A stretch of 64,000 nucleotides of DNA from Candidatus Thermochlorobacter sp. (GCA_046291735.1 JBKBSK010000007.1:85288-149287), one strand, 5' to 3'; positions 10,201 to 20,396 are shown, counted from the first letter of the stretch. The notes: generated from the sequence alone by a model not told the origin. Translations and numbers: made by a program.

Positions 10201-10453
10201 GATTTTTGGCATGATGCCTATCGCACTCTCCAGTGCAGCTGGTGCAGAGTGGAAAACAGGACTGGCTTGGGCGCTCATCGGCGGGCTGACCAGTTCAATG
10301 TTCCTGACACTCGTGGTCGTGCCAGTCGTCTACTACTGGTTCGATAACTTCGGCAATATCTTTGCCAAACTCAGAGTGCGCAAGCCAGTAAAAGTCGAAG
10401 AGGAAGTCTTCGCACCGCTGCCTGAAGCCATAAAGTTTGAAGCAAATAAGTAA
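7280..10453 (+). CDS. RND multidrug/metal efflux permease (AcrB/HAE1-like)
   Basis: 1057 aa with a 12-TM, two-large-loop RND layout. Conserved TM4/TM10-type segments (LSLAVGIWVDDSIVVLENI, LGLVSKNAILLVDFAN). Confidence 0.95.
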   Translation: MSVTRLLIQRPTLVVVLFAVLGVFGLYGYTQLSYELLPKFAPPVVTITTAYPGASPNEVETSVTKLIEDAVSGLDKVDAITASSNEGVSFVSIEFKQEANVDIVLQDAQRKVESIIPLLPPDAKRPVLSKFAFDEFPILRMGITSNMPETEFYTLVKERLQPRLARIPGVAQIVLIGGEEREIKVNLNAEKLKAYGFSPLQVANVIKNANLDFPTGRIKDSDGQFVVRLAGKFTSLEEMRNLVVGRSKQGGEIRLADIAEVEDGRKEPTNINRINGKSSIGMFINKQSDANAVIVSEKVRAELAKIEKEYADKAVKFDIAQDASIFTLDAAHAVQEDLMLAILLVALVMLVFLHSIRNSFIVMIAIPCSLISTIGVMYFLDYTFNLMSLLALSLAVGIWVDDSIVVLENIYRRLELGDDKVEAAVRGRDEIGLTAVSITLVDVVVFLPLALTSGIIGNIMRQFSIVMVVSTLFSLLVSFTVTPVLASRISKLEHLTKDTLMGRFGLWFEGIFKRFTARYIELLKWALQNRWKVAVSAVMMLIASCSLIPLGFIGGEFIAQTDRGEFSVALELAPGTKLEETNAVSQKIERMLMDIPEVEKVAANVGASSDGFVTASSSNIVDISVKLIDREERKARGLRSTTDVQAQIKQMTKDIPGVKVRVNDIGIFGTANQTPIQLIVSGADYELVKQSALHLKEILKNTKGATDVRLSAEDGNPETRIEIDRNKLAFFGLSMAEVGASLRIALAGDNNAKFREGDTEYDIRIQLDEFDRSNTETLGNMTFVNQRGQVVELKQFANIYQATGPTKLQRRDRNYAIIVYAQLAGQSLTSVWQNAQKKLAEDPLPAGIKISPLGDLKNQQEGFGSLGIALVAGVLFVYLIMVALYNSYKYPFVVLFSIPLAVIGALLAIALAAKNLSIFTILGFIMLLGLVSKNAILLVDFANRAKEEGLNTVEALVEAGRERLRPILMTTLTMIFGMMPIALSSAAGAEWKTGLAWALIGGLTSSMFLTLVVVPVVYYWFDNFGNIFAKLRVRKPVKVEEEVFAPLPEAIKFEANK

Positions 10454-10460
10454 GTCCCGT

Positions 10461-10517
10461 TTTGAGCAATTTAATGCAAAGACGCACTGTTGCGCATGAC
10501 AGTGCGTCTTGCTCAAA
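10461..10517 (+). terminator. long hairpin downstream of the RND permease
   Basis: Inner perfect 11-bp stem aagacgcactg (10479-10489) / cagtgcgtctt (10500-10510). Outer arms tttgagcaa / ttgctcaaa. No U-tract. Confidence 0.55.
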
Positions 10518-10641
10518 GCCGTTGTGTGAAAGAAAAGCGTGTGTAAAACTTAGAGCGAGGTGCAACAAGGTGGCGCATAAACTACAAAAAATCTTCTTAA
10601 ATTAGCGACTGCCAAAACGACAAAACCTTAACTTAATAAAA

Positions 10642-11175
10642 ATGGAATTTATCCTCGTTTTTTTGGGTGCACTCTCGCGTATCATTCCACATCCGCCAAA
10701 CTTTACTGCAATTTCTGCAGTAGCACTCTACGGCACGAATAAAATCGCTGACAAAAAGCATGCAATAGTTATCCCACTGCTTGCTATGCTGCTCTCCGAT
10801 GGCATTTTTGAGCTCTTTTATCGAGCGGAACTTTTAGCCTTCCCGGGATTCCACAGTGGTATGTGGTATGTCTATGGTGCATTTGCAGTGGTAGCGATGA
10901 TTGGCTTTTGGATTCGTGCACAGTTTAGCTACGGGCGCTTGGCAGTAGGCACATTGCTCTCGTCTGTAAGTTTCTTTGTGATAACAAATTTCGGGGTATG
11001 GCTAAGCGGTTGGTATGGTTATACCATGGAAGGATTAGTGGCTTGTTACATGGCGGCTATGCCATTTTTCCGTAATCAAGCCATCGGTGATGCGCTGTTT
11101 GTTGCGCTGTTCTTTGGCGTCGATTACCTTGTGCGCAAAGTGTTACTCAACAAGCAAGCCGCTCAACAAGCCTAA
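10642..11175 (+). CDS. multi-pass membrane protein (possibly DUF6580-type putative transporter)
   Basis: 177 aa and almost entirely hydrophobic helices. The N-terminal RIIPHPPNFTAISAVALYG resembles the DUF6580 family from memory (unverified). Confidence 0.65.
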   Translation: MEFILVFLGALSRIIPHPPNFTAISAVALYGTNKIADKKHAIVIPLLAMLLSDGIFELFYRAELLAFPGFHSGMWYVYGAFAVVAMIGFWIRAQFSYGRLAVGTLLSSVSFFVITNFGVWLSGWYGYTMEGLVACYMAAMPFFRNQAIGDALFVALFFGVDYLVRKVLLNKQAAQQA

Positions 11176-11348
11176 GAAAGCCGGTGCGACCGCTGCATGC
11201 GATGCTGCCGGTCGTGCCGCTGCATGAAAATTGAGCGCTCTTCTTTATCGCTGCTACTAAGAAGCGATGAGACACTCTCGCACCCGAAAAAAAGCACCAC
11301 GAGCAGCAGCATGAAAAAGCCGAAAAGGGCAAGCAAAACAGTTTCCAT
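11172..11348 (-). CDS. possible small membrane protein (58 aa)
   Basis: An ATG is preceded by GGGAGGAATT (strong SD). One hydrophobic helix (METVLLALFGFFMLLLVVLFF) is followed by a basic His/Arg/Gln tail. No homology recognised. Confidence 0.3.
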   Translation of the reverse strand: METVLLALFGFFMLLLVVLFFGCESVSSLLSSSDKEERSIFMQRHDRQHRMQRSHRLS

Positions 11349-11445
11349 AATTCCTCCCAACTAAAAGTTTCTCCTGCTTTGTAGACTTTACGAACAGAGC
11401 GTATAAATTCTTCACGCTCAGGAGAACAAACTCGAAAAACTCAGA

Positions 11446-13173
11446 ATGATAAAGCCAATGACAATGCAATATGATTTTTTTAGAGCTGCACTTTGTGCAT
11501 GCTTGCTGTGCTGCCTTGCGCCGCTGCTAAGTGCGCAAGACCGCATTACGGGCAAAAGCTTTGCCTCACGCTCGGAAGTGATTGCACAGAATGGAATGGT
11601 CTGCACCAGTCAACCGCTTGCTACACAAATAGGTCTTGAGATTCTCAAACAAGGTGGCTCGGCGGTCGATGCTGCGATTGCCGCTAATGCTGCCTTAGGC
11701 TTGATGGAACCGACAGGCTGCGGTATCGGCGGCGATATTTTCGCAATCGTGTGGGACGCTAAAACCAAAAAACTCTATGGCTTAAATGGAAGCGGACGCT
11801 CGCCTTACGCACTTACTCTGAGCTATTTCAAAGAAAAAGGTATCAAACGCATTCCGGCAGTAGGACCGCTTCCGGTAACAGTGCCGGGCTGCGTGGATGG
11901 ATGGTTTGAACTTCACAAAAAGTTTGGCAAACTGCCGATGAAAACGCTGCTTGCCCCAACCATCAAATATGCACGCGAAGGGTTTCCCGTCTCGGAACTT
12001 ATTGCATACTACTTAGAGCGAAATGTGGCAGCACTATCGCATTTCCCAAATGTAAAGCAAGTGTATGCGCCAAATGGACAAACGCCCAAGAAAGGGGAAA
12101 TTTTCAAAAACCCACTTTTGGCAAATACGCTCGAAAAAATTGCAAATGGCGGAAGAGATGTGTTTTACAAAGGCGAGATTGCAAGAATTATTGAAACTTT
12201 TATCAAAGCGCAAGGCGGATTTCTTTCCGCACGCGATTTTGCAGACCATAAATCAGAGTGGGTAGAGCCTGTATCTACAACTTATCGTGGATACGAAGTC
12301 TGGGAGTTGCCGCCAAACAGTCAGGGCATTGCAGCACTGCAGATGCTGAATATTCTCGAAGGCTACGACTTTAAGCAAATTCCTTTTGGTAGCAAAGAGC
12401 ATGTACATCTGTTCGTTGAAGCTAAGAAACTGGCTTTTGAGGACCGCGCAAAGTACTATGCTGACCCTGATTTTGTAAAGGTGCCCGTTGCAGCGCTGAT
12501 TTCCAAAGACTATGCAAACGAGCGGCGCAAGCTGATTAGCATGGAGCGTGCCGCGCGTCGTGTCGAAGCAGGCAACCCTGCACTCAAAGAAGGTGGCACA
12601 ATTTACCTAACAACCGCAGACAAGGATGGCAATATGATCTCGCTCATTCAAAGCAATTATCGCGGAATGGGCTCAGGGATGGTGCCTGACGGTCTGGGCT
12701 TTATGCTGCAAGATAGAGGCGAACTTTTCTCCTTAAATGAGGGCGAGGCAAATGTCTATGCACCACACAAGCGACCCTTTCACACAATTATTCCGGCGTT
12801 TGTAACAAAAGACGGAGAGCCGTTTATGAGTTTTGGAGTGATGGGCGGTGAATTTCAACCGCTCGGACATGTGCAAATTTTGATGAACATCATTGACTTT
12901 GGGATGAATACACAAGAAGCAGGTGATGCGCCTCGTATTGCGCATGAAGGCTCCTCTGAACCGACAGGCGAAAAAATGACTGATGGTGGCACAATTTTGC
13001 TCGAGACGGGATTTCCACACGAGACTGTACGCGAGCTTCTTAAGATGGGGCACCGGGTCGGCTTCAGCCTAAGTGGCTACGGCGGCTATCAAGGCATCCG
13101 ATACGATGCTAAAAACAAAGTCTATTACGGCGCATCAGAATCGCGCAAAGATGGGCAGGCGGCAGGCTATTGA
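11446..13173 (+). CDS. ggt: gamma-glutamyltransferase
   Basis: Signal peptide plus GGT family motifs (GGSAVDAAIAANA, GCGIGGD, autoprocessing Thr region GGTIYLTTADKDGNMISLIQSNY, FGVMGG). Confidence 0.92.
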   Translation: MIKPMTMQYDFFRAALCACLLCCLAPLLSAQDRITGKSFASRSEVIAQNGMVCTSQPLATQIGLEILKQGGSAVDAAIAANAALGLMEPTGCGIGGDIFAIVWDAKTKKLYGLNGSGRSPYALTLSYFKEKGIKRIPAVGPLPVTVPGCVDGWFELHKKFGKLPMKTLLAPTIKYAREGFPVSELIAYYLERNVAALSHFPNVKQVYAPNGQTPKKGEIFKNPLLANTLEKIANGGRDVFYKGEIARIIETFIKAQGGFLSARDFADHKSEWVEPVSTTYRGYEVWELPPNSQGIAALQMLNILEGYDFKQIPFGSKEHVHLFVEAKKLAFEDRAKYYADPDFVKVPVAALISKDYANERRKLISMERAARRVEAGNPALKEGGTIYLTTADKDGNMISLIQSNYRGMGSGMVPDGLGFMLQDRGELFSLNEGEANVYAPHKRPFHTIIPAFVTKDGEPFMSFGVMGGEFQPLGHVQILMNIIDFGMNTQEAGDAPRIAHEGSSEPTGEKMTDGGTILLETGFPHETVRELLKMGHRVGFSLSGYGGYQGIRYDAKNKVYYGASESRKDGQAAGY

Positions 13174-13191
13174 AGGTTGAACGCAAAAAAA

Positions 13192-13222
13192 GTGTAGCCA
13201 AACCCCATCGATTTGGCTACAC
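13192..13222. terminator. bidirectional hairpin between convergent ggt and dapA
   Basis: Perfect 11-bp stem gtgtagccaaa / tttggctacac with a 9-nt loop. An A-run lies upstream. Confidence 0.65.
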
Positions 13223-13243
13223 CAATGTATTTCAAGGTAAGTG

Positions 13244-14155
13244 TTATGCCGTTGCAAGTTCGCCTTTGATGAGTCCTAAGCGTTTGAGTTCCGCATCGAG
13301 TTTTTCGCGTGTGGCAGGTGAAGGTGGCACCATCGGCAAACGGTAACTAAGTTCAATCAGACCCATTTGTGCCAGTGTGTATTTGACGGGAATGGGATTG
13401 GACTCAAGAAAGTTAAGGTTCATCAAGTTCAGGTACTTGTTGTGCAGGCGTTGTGCTTCGGCTAAGTTACTTTGAAACATCGCTTCAACAAGGTGCTTCA
13501 TGGCTTGCGGAATTTGGTTAGCAGCAACAGAAATCACGCCATCGCCACCGAGAGCCATCATAGGCAAGGTGAGGTAGTCATCGCCGCTCATCACAGAAAG
13601 TTGCGCTGGACGATTGCGCAGCAGTTCCTCTATTTGTGCCATGTTACCAGAGGCTTCCTTGACAGCAAGAATGTTTGGAAAACTTGAAGCAAGGCGCAGC
13701 ATTGTCTCGACGGAGATGTTAGCGCCTGTGCGACCGGGTACGTTATAGATGATAACAGGCACAGAGACTGCTTCAGCAAGGGCGGCATAATGTCGGAAAA
13801 ACCCTTCTTGTGTAGGTTTATTGTAGTACGGTGCAACGGAGAGAATACCTGTTGCGCCGGCTTTTTGCGCAGCTTTGGCAAGATGAACCGCATGTGCTGT
13901 GTTATTGCTGCCAGCACCAGCCATGACACGAATCTTGCCGTTGCTAAATTCAACGCATAGTGAAATGATTCGATACTGCTCGTCGTCAGAGAGCGTGGGT
14001 GATTCTCCTGTTGTGCCACAAGGAATCAAAATGTCGGTGCCGCCTTGAATGTGAAACTCGACCAACCGCCGAAGTGCCTCAGTGTCGAGCGCGCCATCGC
14101 TTTTGAAAGGCGTAACCAGAGCGACAGCTGAACCAGAAATTGCTCTACGAATCAT
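13244..14155 (-). CDS. dapA: 4-hydroxy-tetrahydrodipicolinate synthase
   Basis: DapA motifs are present: PCGTTGES, APYYNKPTQEG, IIYNVPGRTG, and the Schiff-base Lys context AVKEASGN. Confidence 0.93.
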   Translation of the reverse strand: MIRRAISGSAVALVTPFKSDGALDTEALRRLVEFHIQGGTDILIPCGTTGESPTLSDDEQYRIISLCVEFSNGKIRVMAGAGSNNTAHAVHLAKAAQKAGATGILSVAPYYNKPTQEGFFRHYAALAEAVSVPVIIYNVPGRTGANISVETMLRLASSFPNILAVKEASGNMAQIEELLRNRPAQLSVMSGDDYLTLPMMALGGDGVISVAANQIPQAMKHLVEAMFQSNLAEAQRLHNKYLNLMNLNFLESNPIPVKYTLAQMGLIELSYRLPMVPPSPATREKLDAELKRLGLIKGELATA

Positions 14156-14249
14156 AGTGATGGTTTATTTCGAGAGATGAAAGTTTTACACGCCGAATTT
14201 AAGCCGTAATTTTGCGAAACGAAAAACCAACGCTGTATTTTTTTTCAAC

Positions 14250-14723
14250 ATGCCTGAAAGAGAAGCCCGACCGATGTCATACTCGCGCGTCGAGATGACA
14301 CAAATTGTCACACCAGTCGATACCAACTATCTTGGCAATTTAGCTGGCGGCAGATTGATGCACTGGATGGATTTAGCCGCAGCCATTGCAGCAGGTCGAC
14401 ACTCGCAAGCAATTTGCGTAACGGCATCTGTCGATACAATGGAGTTTCGTCAAAGCATTCAGTTAGGCGAAGTTGTAATTATCAAAGCCAATGTCAATCG
14501 CGCGTTTCATACCTCAATGGAAGTGGGCGTGAAAGTCTATGCTGAAAACATCATTAAAGGGCACATTCGCGAGTGCACCAAAGCCTACTTCACCTTTGTA
14601 GCCATTGATAAAGAGGGTAAGCCCGTTCCAGTACCTGAGGTCATTCCAGAAGATGAGACCGACAGGCGCCGTTACGAAAAAGCTGCACTGCGTCGACAAA
14701 TCCGCTTGCTCAACAGAGGCTAA
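14250..14723 (+). CDS. acyl-CoA thioesterase (hotdog fold, YciA/BFIT-like)
   Basis: Single hotdog domain (VTPVDTNYLGNLAGGRLMHWMDLAA...SVDTMEFR). The start could instead be the internal Met at 14274. Confidence 0.85.
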   Translation: MPEREARPMSYSRVEMTQIVTPVDTNYLGNLAGGRLMHWMDLAAAIAAGRHSQAICVTASVDTMEFRQSIQLGEVVIIKANVNRAFHTSMEVGVKVYAENIIKGHIRECTKAYFTFVAIDKEGKPVPVPEVIPEDETDRRRYEKAALRRQIRLLNRG

Positions 14724-14749
14724 GAGCTAATGGCGCTACAATCAAATGC

Positions 14750-16834
14750 CTAATACTTTGCTAGCTTGAGTGCCGCCTCAAAGACCTTGTGCTCATTGGG
14801 TAAAATTTCGGTCTCCAGAACTTTTGAGAAGCCAACTGGTGTGTCAAGTGAGCCGACGCGCATGATAGGTGCATCGAGATATTCAAAGCAGTGTTCGGCA
14901 ATTAGCGCTGCAATTTCACCGCCAAAGCCACCTGTGAGTTTATCTTCATGAACAACGAGAGCCTTGCTGGTCTTTTTAACAGTTGCAAAAATTGCCTCTT
15001 TATCGAGCGGTGCAAGCGAGCGCAGGTCTAAGACTTCAGCGGAAATGCCGTGCTCCTTTTCCAACTTTTCAGCAGCAAAAAGCGCATGGTGGACAGTCGT
15101 GCCATAAGAGATAATTGAAAGGTCTGTGCCGTAGCGACGGTAACGGGCTTTGCCGAAGGGAATGAGAACATCGGGGCGAAGTTTAAGGGTTTTCGCCCAA
15201 GGGTTGTTGTAGAGAAATTTTGGCTCTAAGATGACTGTAACGCCACGTGTGCGAAAAGCAGAGCGCAGCAAGCCTTGCATGTCGTCTGCAAAAGCCGGCA
15301 CCACAATGCGCAAGCCGGGCAACGTGATAAAGGCGCCCTCGACATTTTGCGAATGATAAAGTCCGCCGCCAATGTATCCACCAGAGGCAATACGCATCAC
15401 GATGTTGGGTACAAACTTCCCTTTCGTGCGCCAGTATTCATGTGAGCATTCGACCACTTGTTCCATGGCGGGCCAGATGTAGTCGGCAAATTCTGCGCCC
15501 TCAATCAACACCCAGATGTCTTCACGATAGCGTGAAAAGCCGTTTGCTGTGCCGACAATAAAATCTTCGGCAATTGGCGCATTAAAAACACGACGCGGTC
15601 CATACTTTTGTGGCATGCCCTTGTCAGCATTGAAAATCCCGCCTTTGCCGACATCTTGTCCCCAAAGAAAAGTGTGCTCATTACGGTCAAATTCTTCGTG
15701 TTGAGTTTGATTGATGGCTTGGAGAAGACTAATAGTTTCGTCGGTGTAGAGCACGTGCGGACCTTGCGGTTCGCTAAGGTCATGCACCTCGCCGCCAGTA
15801 GGCTTAAACTCGGGCCAGACATAGAGCGTGGCTGATTTAGGGTCGGGCAAGGGGGCACGCTCGGCGCGTTCGGCAGCTTCAGCAATGTGATGATCATTCT
15901 CGCGCTCAATGGCTTCCAGTTCGGCAGCCGTGAAAATTTGTTTTTCGAGCAGGAAATTTCTGAACTTCGGCAGCGGGTCGCGGGCTTTGGCAGCCTCGAG
16001 CTCTTCGTGCGTGCGATAAAGAAAATGATTGTCAGAATTCGAGTGAGAGCCAATGCGCTCACAATCAGCTTCAACAAGCGCAGCACCTTTGCCCGATTGC
16101 ACAAACGCAATAGCTTCTTGCATGGCGCGCCAAGAATCAAAGACATCCGTGCCGTCACAGAAAATCACATGCAAGTTTGGAAAACTACGAAAAAGTTCTG
16201 CTGGATGCTCCGTTGCAAATTGCTCACGCACAGGGACTGAAATGCCAAAACGATTGTTTTGAAGCACGAACACAACGGGTAAAATTTCGCGTGAGGCACC
16301 ATTGATGGCTTCGTAGAAATATCCTTCTGCGCTTGCCGATTCGCCGCCAGAATAAAATGCAATTTCATCGCCGCCATACTTCTTGATAGCACGAGCAACG
16401 CCAACAGCATGTTGTGCATGATTACCTGTGAGCGAAGAGACATTCTGAATGCGAATCTCGGGCTTGGCAAAGTGATTGGACATGTGCCGACCGCCACTGG
16501 CAACATCTGCGTCGCGCGAAAGCCCATTGAGCAAAATTTCCTCTGCGCTAATTCCCGCAGCAAGTGCCGTGAGCATATCACGATAGTATGGGAAAAGAAA
16601 ATCTTTGCTCGGACGAAACGATAAGCCCAAAGCAAGCTGAATGCCGTCGTGCCCTTGATACGGCGCGTGATACGACCAGCCCATGCCTTTTTTGAGATAC
16701 CCTGCCGCTTTCAGATCAAGCTGACGCCCCAAATGCATCAAGCGATACCACTGACGCAGCATTGCAACATCAACGCCAGCAGGAAGTGTATCTGTGGAAA
16801 GTGAAAGGTGAGATGCTGTGACGTGCTTCGTCAT
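14750..16834 (-). CDS. fused 2-oxoacid dehydrogenase E1 component (alpha+beta in one chain)
   Basis: The N-terminal half is E1-alpha-like (TPP region YSGGESASAEGYFYEAINGAS..VLQNNRFGIS). The C-terminal half is E1-beta/transketolase-like (FNAPIAEDFIVGTANG, LDLRSLAPLDKEAI). Confidence 0.9.
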   Translation of the reverse strand: MTKHVTASHLSLSTDTLPAGVDVAMLRQWYRLMHLGRQLDLKAAGYLKKGMGWSYHAPYQGHDGIQLALGLSFRPSKDFLFPYYRDMLTALAAGISAEEILLNGLSRDADVASGGRHMSNHFAKPEIRIQNVSSLTGNHAQHAVGVARAIKKYGGDEIAFYSGGESASAEGYFYEAINGASREILPVVFVLQNNRFGISVPVREQFATEHPAELFRSFPNLHVIFCDGTDVFDSWRAMQEAIAFVQSGKGAALVEADCERIGSHSNSDNHFLYRTHEELEAAKARDPLPKFRNFLLEKQIFTAAELEAIERENDHHIAEAAERAERAPLPDPKSATLYVWPEFKPTGGEVHDLSEPQGPHVLYTDETISLLQAINQTQHEEFDRNEHTFLWGQDVGKGGIFNADKGMPQKYGPRRVFNAPIAEDFIVGTANGFSRYREDIWVLIEGAEFADYIWPAMEQVVECSHEYWRTKGKFVPNIVMRIASGGYIGGGLYHSQNVEGAFITLPGLRIVVPAFADDMQGLLRSAFRTRGVTVILEPKFLYNNPWAKTLKLRPDVLIPFGKARYRRYGTDLSIISYGTTVHHALFAAEKLEKEHGISAEVLDLRSLAPLDKEAIFATVKKTSKALVVHEDKLTGGFGGEIAALIAEHCFEYLDAPIMRVGSLDTPVGFSKVLETEILPNEHKVFEAALKLAKY

Positions 16835-16926
16835 AACTTACTCCTTTTTGTTTTTTTGTGAGGGAGACCTAAACAAACTGAAATTTAAACAAAAACAGCA
16901 ATTTTATACGAGATTTTGAGGTCTGA

Positions 16927-18006
<1,080 letters not shown>

Positions 18007-18025
18007 AGAAGTTTGCTAAAGTGCT

Positions 18026-18646
18026 ATGGAAGTAGGAGAGTATTTCGGCATAAAAGTCTTGCTAAGCATTCTTGGTGTAGAACTTGCCTTGACACTTGTG
18101 TTGGTAGTGCTGCAACGAAGGCGCCAAAAACAAGTGTCGCCCTATCCGCTGCTCGGTTGGCTTATCAGCGGCGGGTTGTGCATGATTGGTGCAGCCCTGA
18201 CGCTTTTGCAGACGCACGATTTGTACCACGCCTCGCAGGTACGCAAGTGGCCAAGCGTAGAAGGTCGCGTGCTTGAAGCGCAGATAGAAGGCAAACGCGG
18301 GTTTGTGCCAAAAGTCGCCTACGAGTATTGTGTAGATGGAGTAACCTACACTGACAAAAAAGAACTGTTTTCACCGCAGTTTGGTGGCAAGGATACCCGA
18401 CGACAGTCGTCGCAGAAAATCATTGCTGAATACGAAAAAGGCGGAACTATCACGGTCTATTACAACCCGAAGGCGCCAGCAGAATCCGCTGTAGAAATCG
18501 GTGTAACTTGGGCGACATTTATCAAACTTGGTGTGGGCGTGCTGCTCTTTGCGGCATCTGGATGCTTGATACTCTACAAAACAGCGCAACTTCTTTTGCT
18601 GAAGCGCTCGGTGGCACAAACTGAGACCGCAAAACCATTGCCTTGA
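18026..18646 (+). CDS. DUF3592-like membrane protein
   Basis: TM helices flank a beta-rich segment carrying the [13 protein letters not shown] motif typical of DUF3592 (recollection). Confidence 0.7.
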   Translation: MEVGEYFGIKVLLSILGVELALTLVLVVLQRRRQKQVSPYPLLGWLISGGLCMIGAALTLLQTHDLYHASQVRKWPSVEGRVLEAQIEGKRGFVPKVAYEYCVDGVTYTDKKELFSPQFGGKDTRRQSSQKIIAEYEKGGTITVYYNPKAPAESAVEIGVTWATFIKLGVGVLLFAASGCLILYKTAQLLLLKRSVAQTETAKPLP

Positions 18647-18722
18647 CCTCTATCACGCCTCCGAGCCAAGGGCTTTGTGCAAAAAGCAAAACATTTGTAA
18701 ATTCAGTGAGTAGTATTTCGGG

Positions 18723-18760
18723 GTCAGTCTGGGGGGAAAATCGGACTGACTTTTGTTTTT
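18723..18760 (+). terminator. rho-independent terminator after the DUF3592 gene
   Basis: Stem gtcagtc (18723-18729) / gactgac (18744-18750), followed by ttttgttttt. Confidence 0.6.
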
Positions 18761-18825
18761 CTTTGCCCGCTCCAAAACAACTCTGGTCGGGCATATTTTT
18801 TCGCAACGCTAAACTGGACCTGATT

Positions 18826-19305
18826 ATGGCAGAAGCGATTTATCTTACCATAGATGGCTACAAGCGCTTAAAGGAAGAGCTCGATAAACTCAAAAATGAA
18901 GAGCGCCAGCGTGTCTTAGAAAAAGTGGCGGAAGCGCGCTCGCATGGCGATTTGTCTGAGAACGCTGAATATGACGCTGCTAAAGAAGAGCAAAATCAAC
19001 TTGAACTCAAAATCAGTACCTTAGAGCGCAAACTCTCCATTGCTACTATTCTAGACGAGAAGAAAGTCAAAACCGACAAAGTGTATATTCTCACGACCGC
19101 CGTACTGAGAAATTTGGATAACAATCAGAAGGTCGAATACACACTTGTCTCCGAAGAAGAAGCAGACATTGAGCAGGGCAAAATCTCGGTCAAGTCACCA
19201 ATTGGTAGAGCGATTCTGGGCAAACAGGTCTCCGAAAAAGTTGAAGTGAGAACGCCGGGCGGCTTAAAACGGTTTGAAGTGCTGGAAATCAAATTCAAAC
19301 CCTAA
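18826..19305 (+). CDS. greA: transcription elongation factor GreA
   Basis: [22 protein letters not shown]...[20 protein letters not shown] (coiled coil with acidic tip) plus a C-terminal domain. I rejected the ORF-track start at 18643 because that extension runs through a terminator. Confidence 0.93.
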   Translation: MAEAIYLTIDGYKRLKEELDKLKNEERQRVLEKVAEARSHGDLSENAEYDAAKEEQNQLELKISTLERKLSIATILDEKKVKTDKVYILTTAVLRNLDNNQKVEYTLVSEEEADIEQGKISVKSPIGRAILGKQVSEKVEVRTPGGLKRFEVLEIKFKP

Positions 19306-19317
19306 TTGCACGACCAA

Positions 19318-19536
19318 ATGGGCAAAAGACAAATCATCATTAAGCCTCAAGACCTTAAGCCAGAGCACGTCGGCGAAGAAGTCAACATTGAGATGAGCGA
19401 CGCACGTGTCTGGCATGGTTATATCACTGCAATTACAGCCGACGAAGTCAAGTTGCGCGATACACGCCAAAAAGATCACGCGCTAAAGCGCGCCGAGATC
19501 AAACGCGTTTTTGCTGAGCGCGTAACGGAATACTAA
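19318..19536 (+). CDS. small hypothetical protein (72 aa), co-directional with greA
   Basis: The ORF opens directly after the greA stop (TTG 19306; first ATG 19318). No motif recognised. Confidence 0.45.
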   Translation: MGKRQIIIKPQDLKPEHVGEEVNIEMSDARVWHGYITAITADEVKLRDTRQKDHALKRAEIKRVFAERVTEY

Positions 19537-19549
19537 TCCTTGCACTGCG

Positions 19550-19607
19550 TGTCGGTTTTCAGTTCTCCTGAAAAACACTTAGCATTGTAAAAAACTGAAA
19601 ACCGACA
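19550..19607 (+). terminator. 15-bp perfect hairpin with a competing local hairpin, upstream of tpiA
   Basis: tgtcggttttcagtt (19550-19564) pairs with aactgaaaaccgaca (19593-19607). An alternative 7-bp helix forms between ttttcag (19556-19562) and ctgaaaa (19568-19574). Confidence 0.5.
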
Positions 19608-19620
19608 TCACTCCTGTTTT

Positions 19621-20379
19621 ATGCGTAGAAAATTTGTGGCTGGCAACTGGAAAATGAATAAAACTGTTGCTGGCTCAATTGCTCTTGCCTCCGAAGTACT
19701 CCGACACTTGGGCACGGACTTGCCTTGCGAAGTAGCATTGGCGCCGACCTTTGTCTCACTTGAAGTGGTTCATCAAGTCATCAAAGGTACCCCTATCAAA
19801 CTGGCAGCACAAAATTGCCACTATGAAAACGAAGGGGCTTTTACAGGCGAAATCTCCGCAGAAATGCTCAAAAGCGTAGGCTGCGACTATGTGATTTTGG
19901 GACACTCAGAGCGCCGGCAATACTTCGGCGAGACCGATACAATCATCAATCGCAAAGTCAAAAAAGTCCTTAGCGAATCCATGCACGCAATTTTGTGCGT
20001 CGGTGAAACGTTAGAGGAACGAGAGCAAAACCGAACCGAAGCCGTCGTTGAAGCACAAATCAGAGGCTGTCTTGAGGGCGTGTCGGCAAACGACATGCAG
20101 CGTGTTGTCATTGCCTACGAGCCGGTGTGGGCGATTGGCACAGGAAAAACCGCTACGCCCGAACAAGCCGAAGAGGTGCACCGCTTTATCCGACGCCTCA
20201 TTAGCACAATGTATTCGGCAGAAGTGGCAGAAAACCTCACGATTCAATATGGGGGAAGCGTCAAGGGCTCGAATGCAAAAGAACTCTTTGCCATGCCGAA
20301 CATTGACGGCGGACTAATTGGCGGGGCGAGCCTGCGAGCAGAAGAATTTGCACAAATTGTTAAAAGTATTGCCTATTGA
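19621..20379 (+). CDS. tpiA: triose-phosphate isomerase
   Basis: TIM motifs are present: [47 protein letters not shown]. Confidence 0.95.
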   Translation: MRRKFVAGNWKMNKTVAGSIALASEVLRHLGTDLPCEVALAPTFVSLEVVHQVIKGTPIKLAAQNCHYENEGAFTGEISAEMLKSVGCDYVILGHSERRQYFGETDTIINRKVKKVLSESMHAILCVGETLEEREQNRTEAVVEAQIRGCLEGVSANDMQRVVIAYEPVWAIGTGKTATPEQAEEVHRFIRRLISTMYSAEVAENLTIQYGGSVKGSNAKELFAMPNIDGGLIGGASLRAEEFAQIVKSIAY

Positions 20380-20396
20380 CAAGCTTGCAGAAGCGC

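Noticed and set aside
15505-16158. 217-aa ORF in an alternative frame on the same strand as the fused E1 gene (also 16165..16635)
   Set aside because: It is embedded in a conserved CDS. Its composition is Leu/Ser/Arg-rich, as expected for an off-frame reading, and there is no start context.
18643-18825. N-terminal extension of greA given by the ORF track (220 aa)
   Set aside because: The extension runs through the terminator hairpin and T-run at 18723-18760 and adds non-homologous sequence. The canonical GreA N-terminus begins at ATG 18826.
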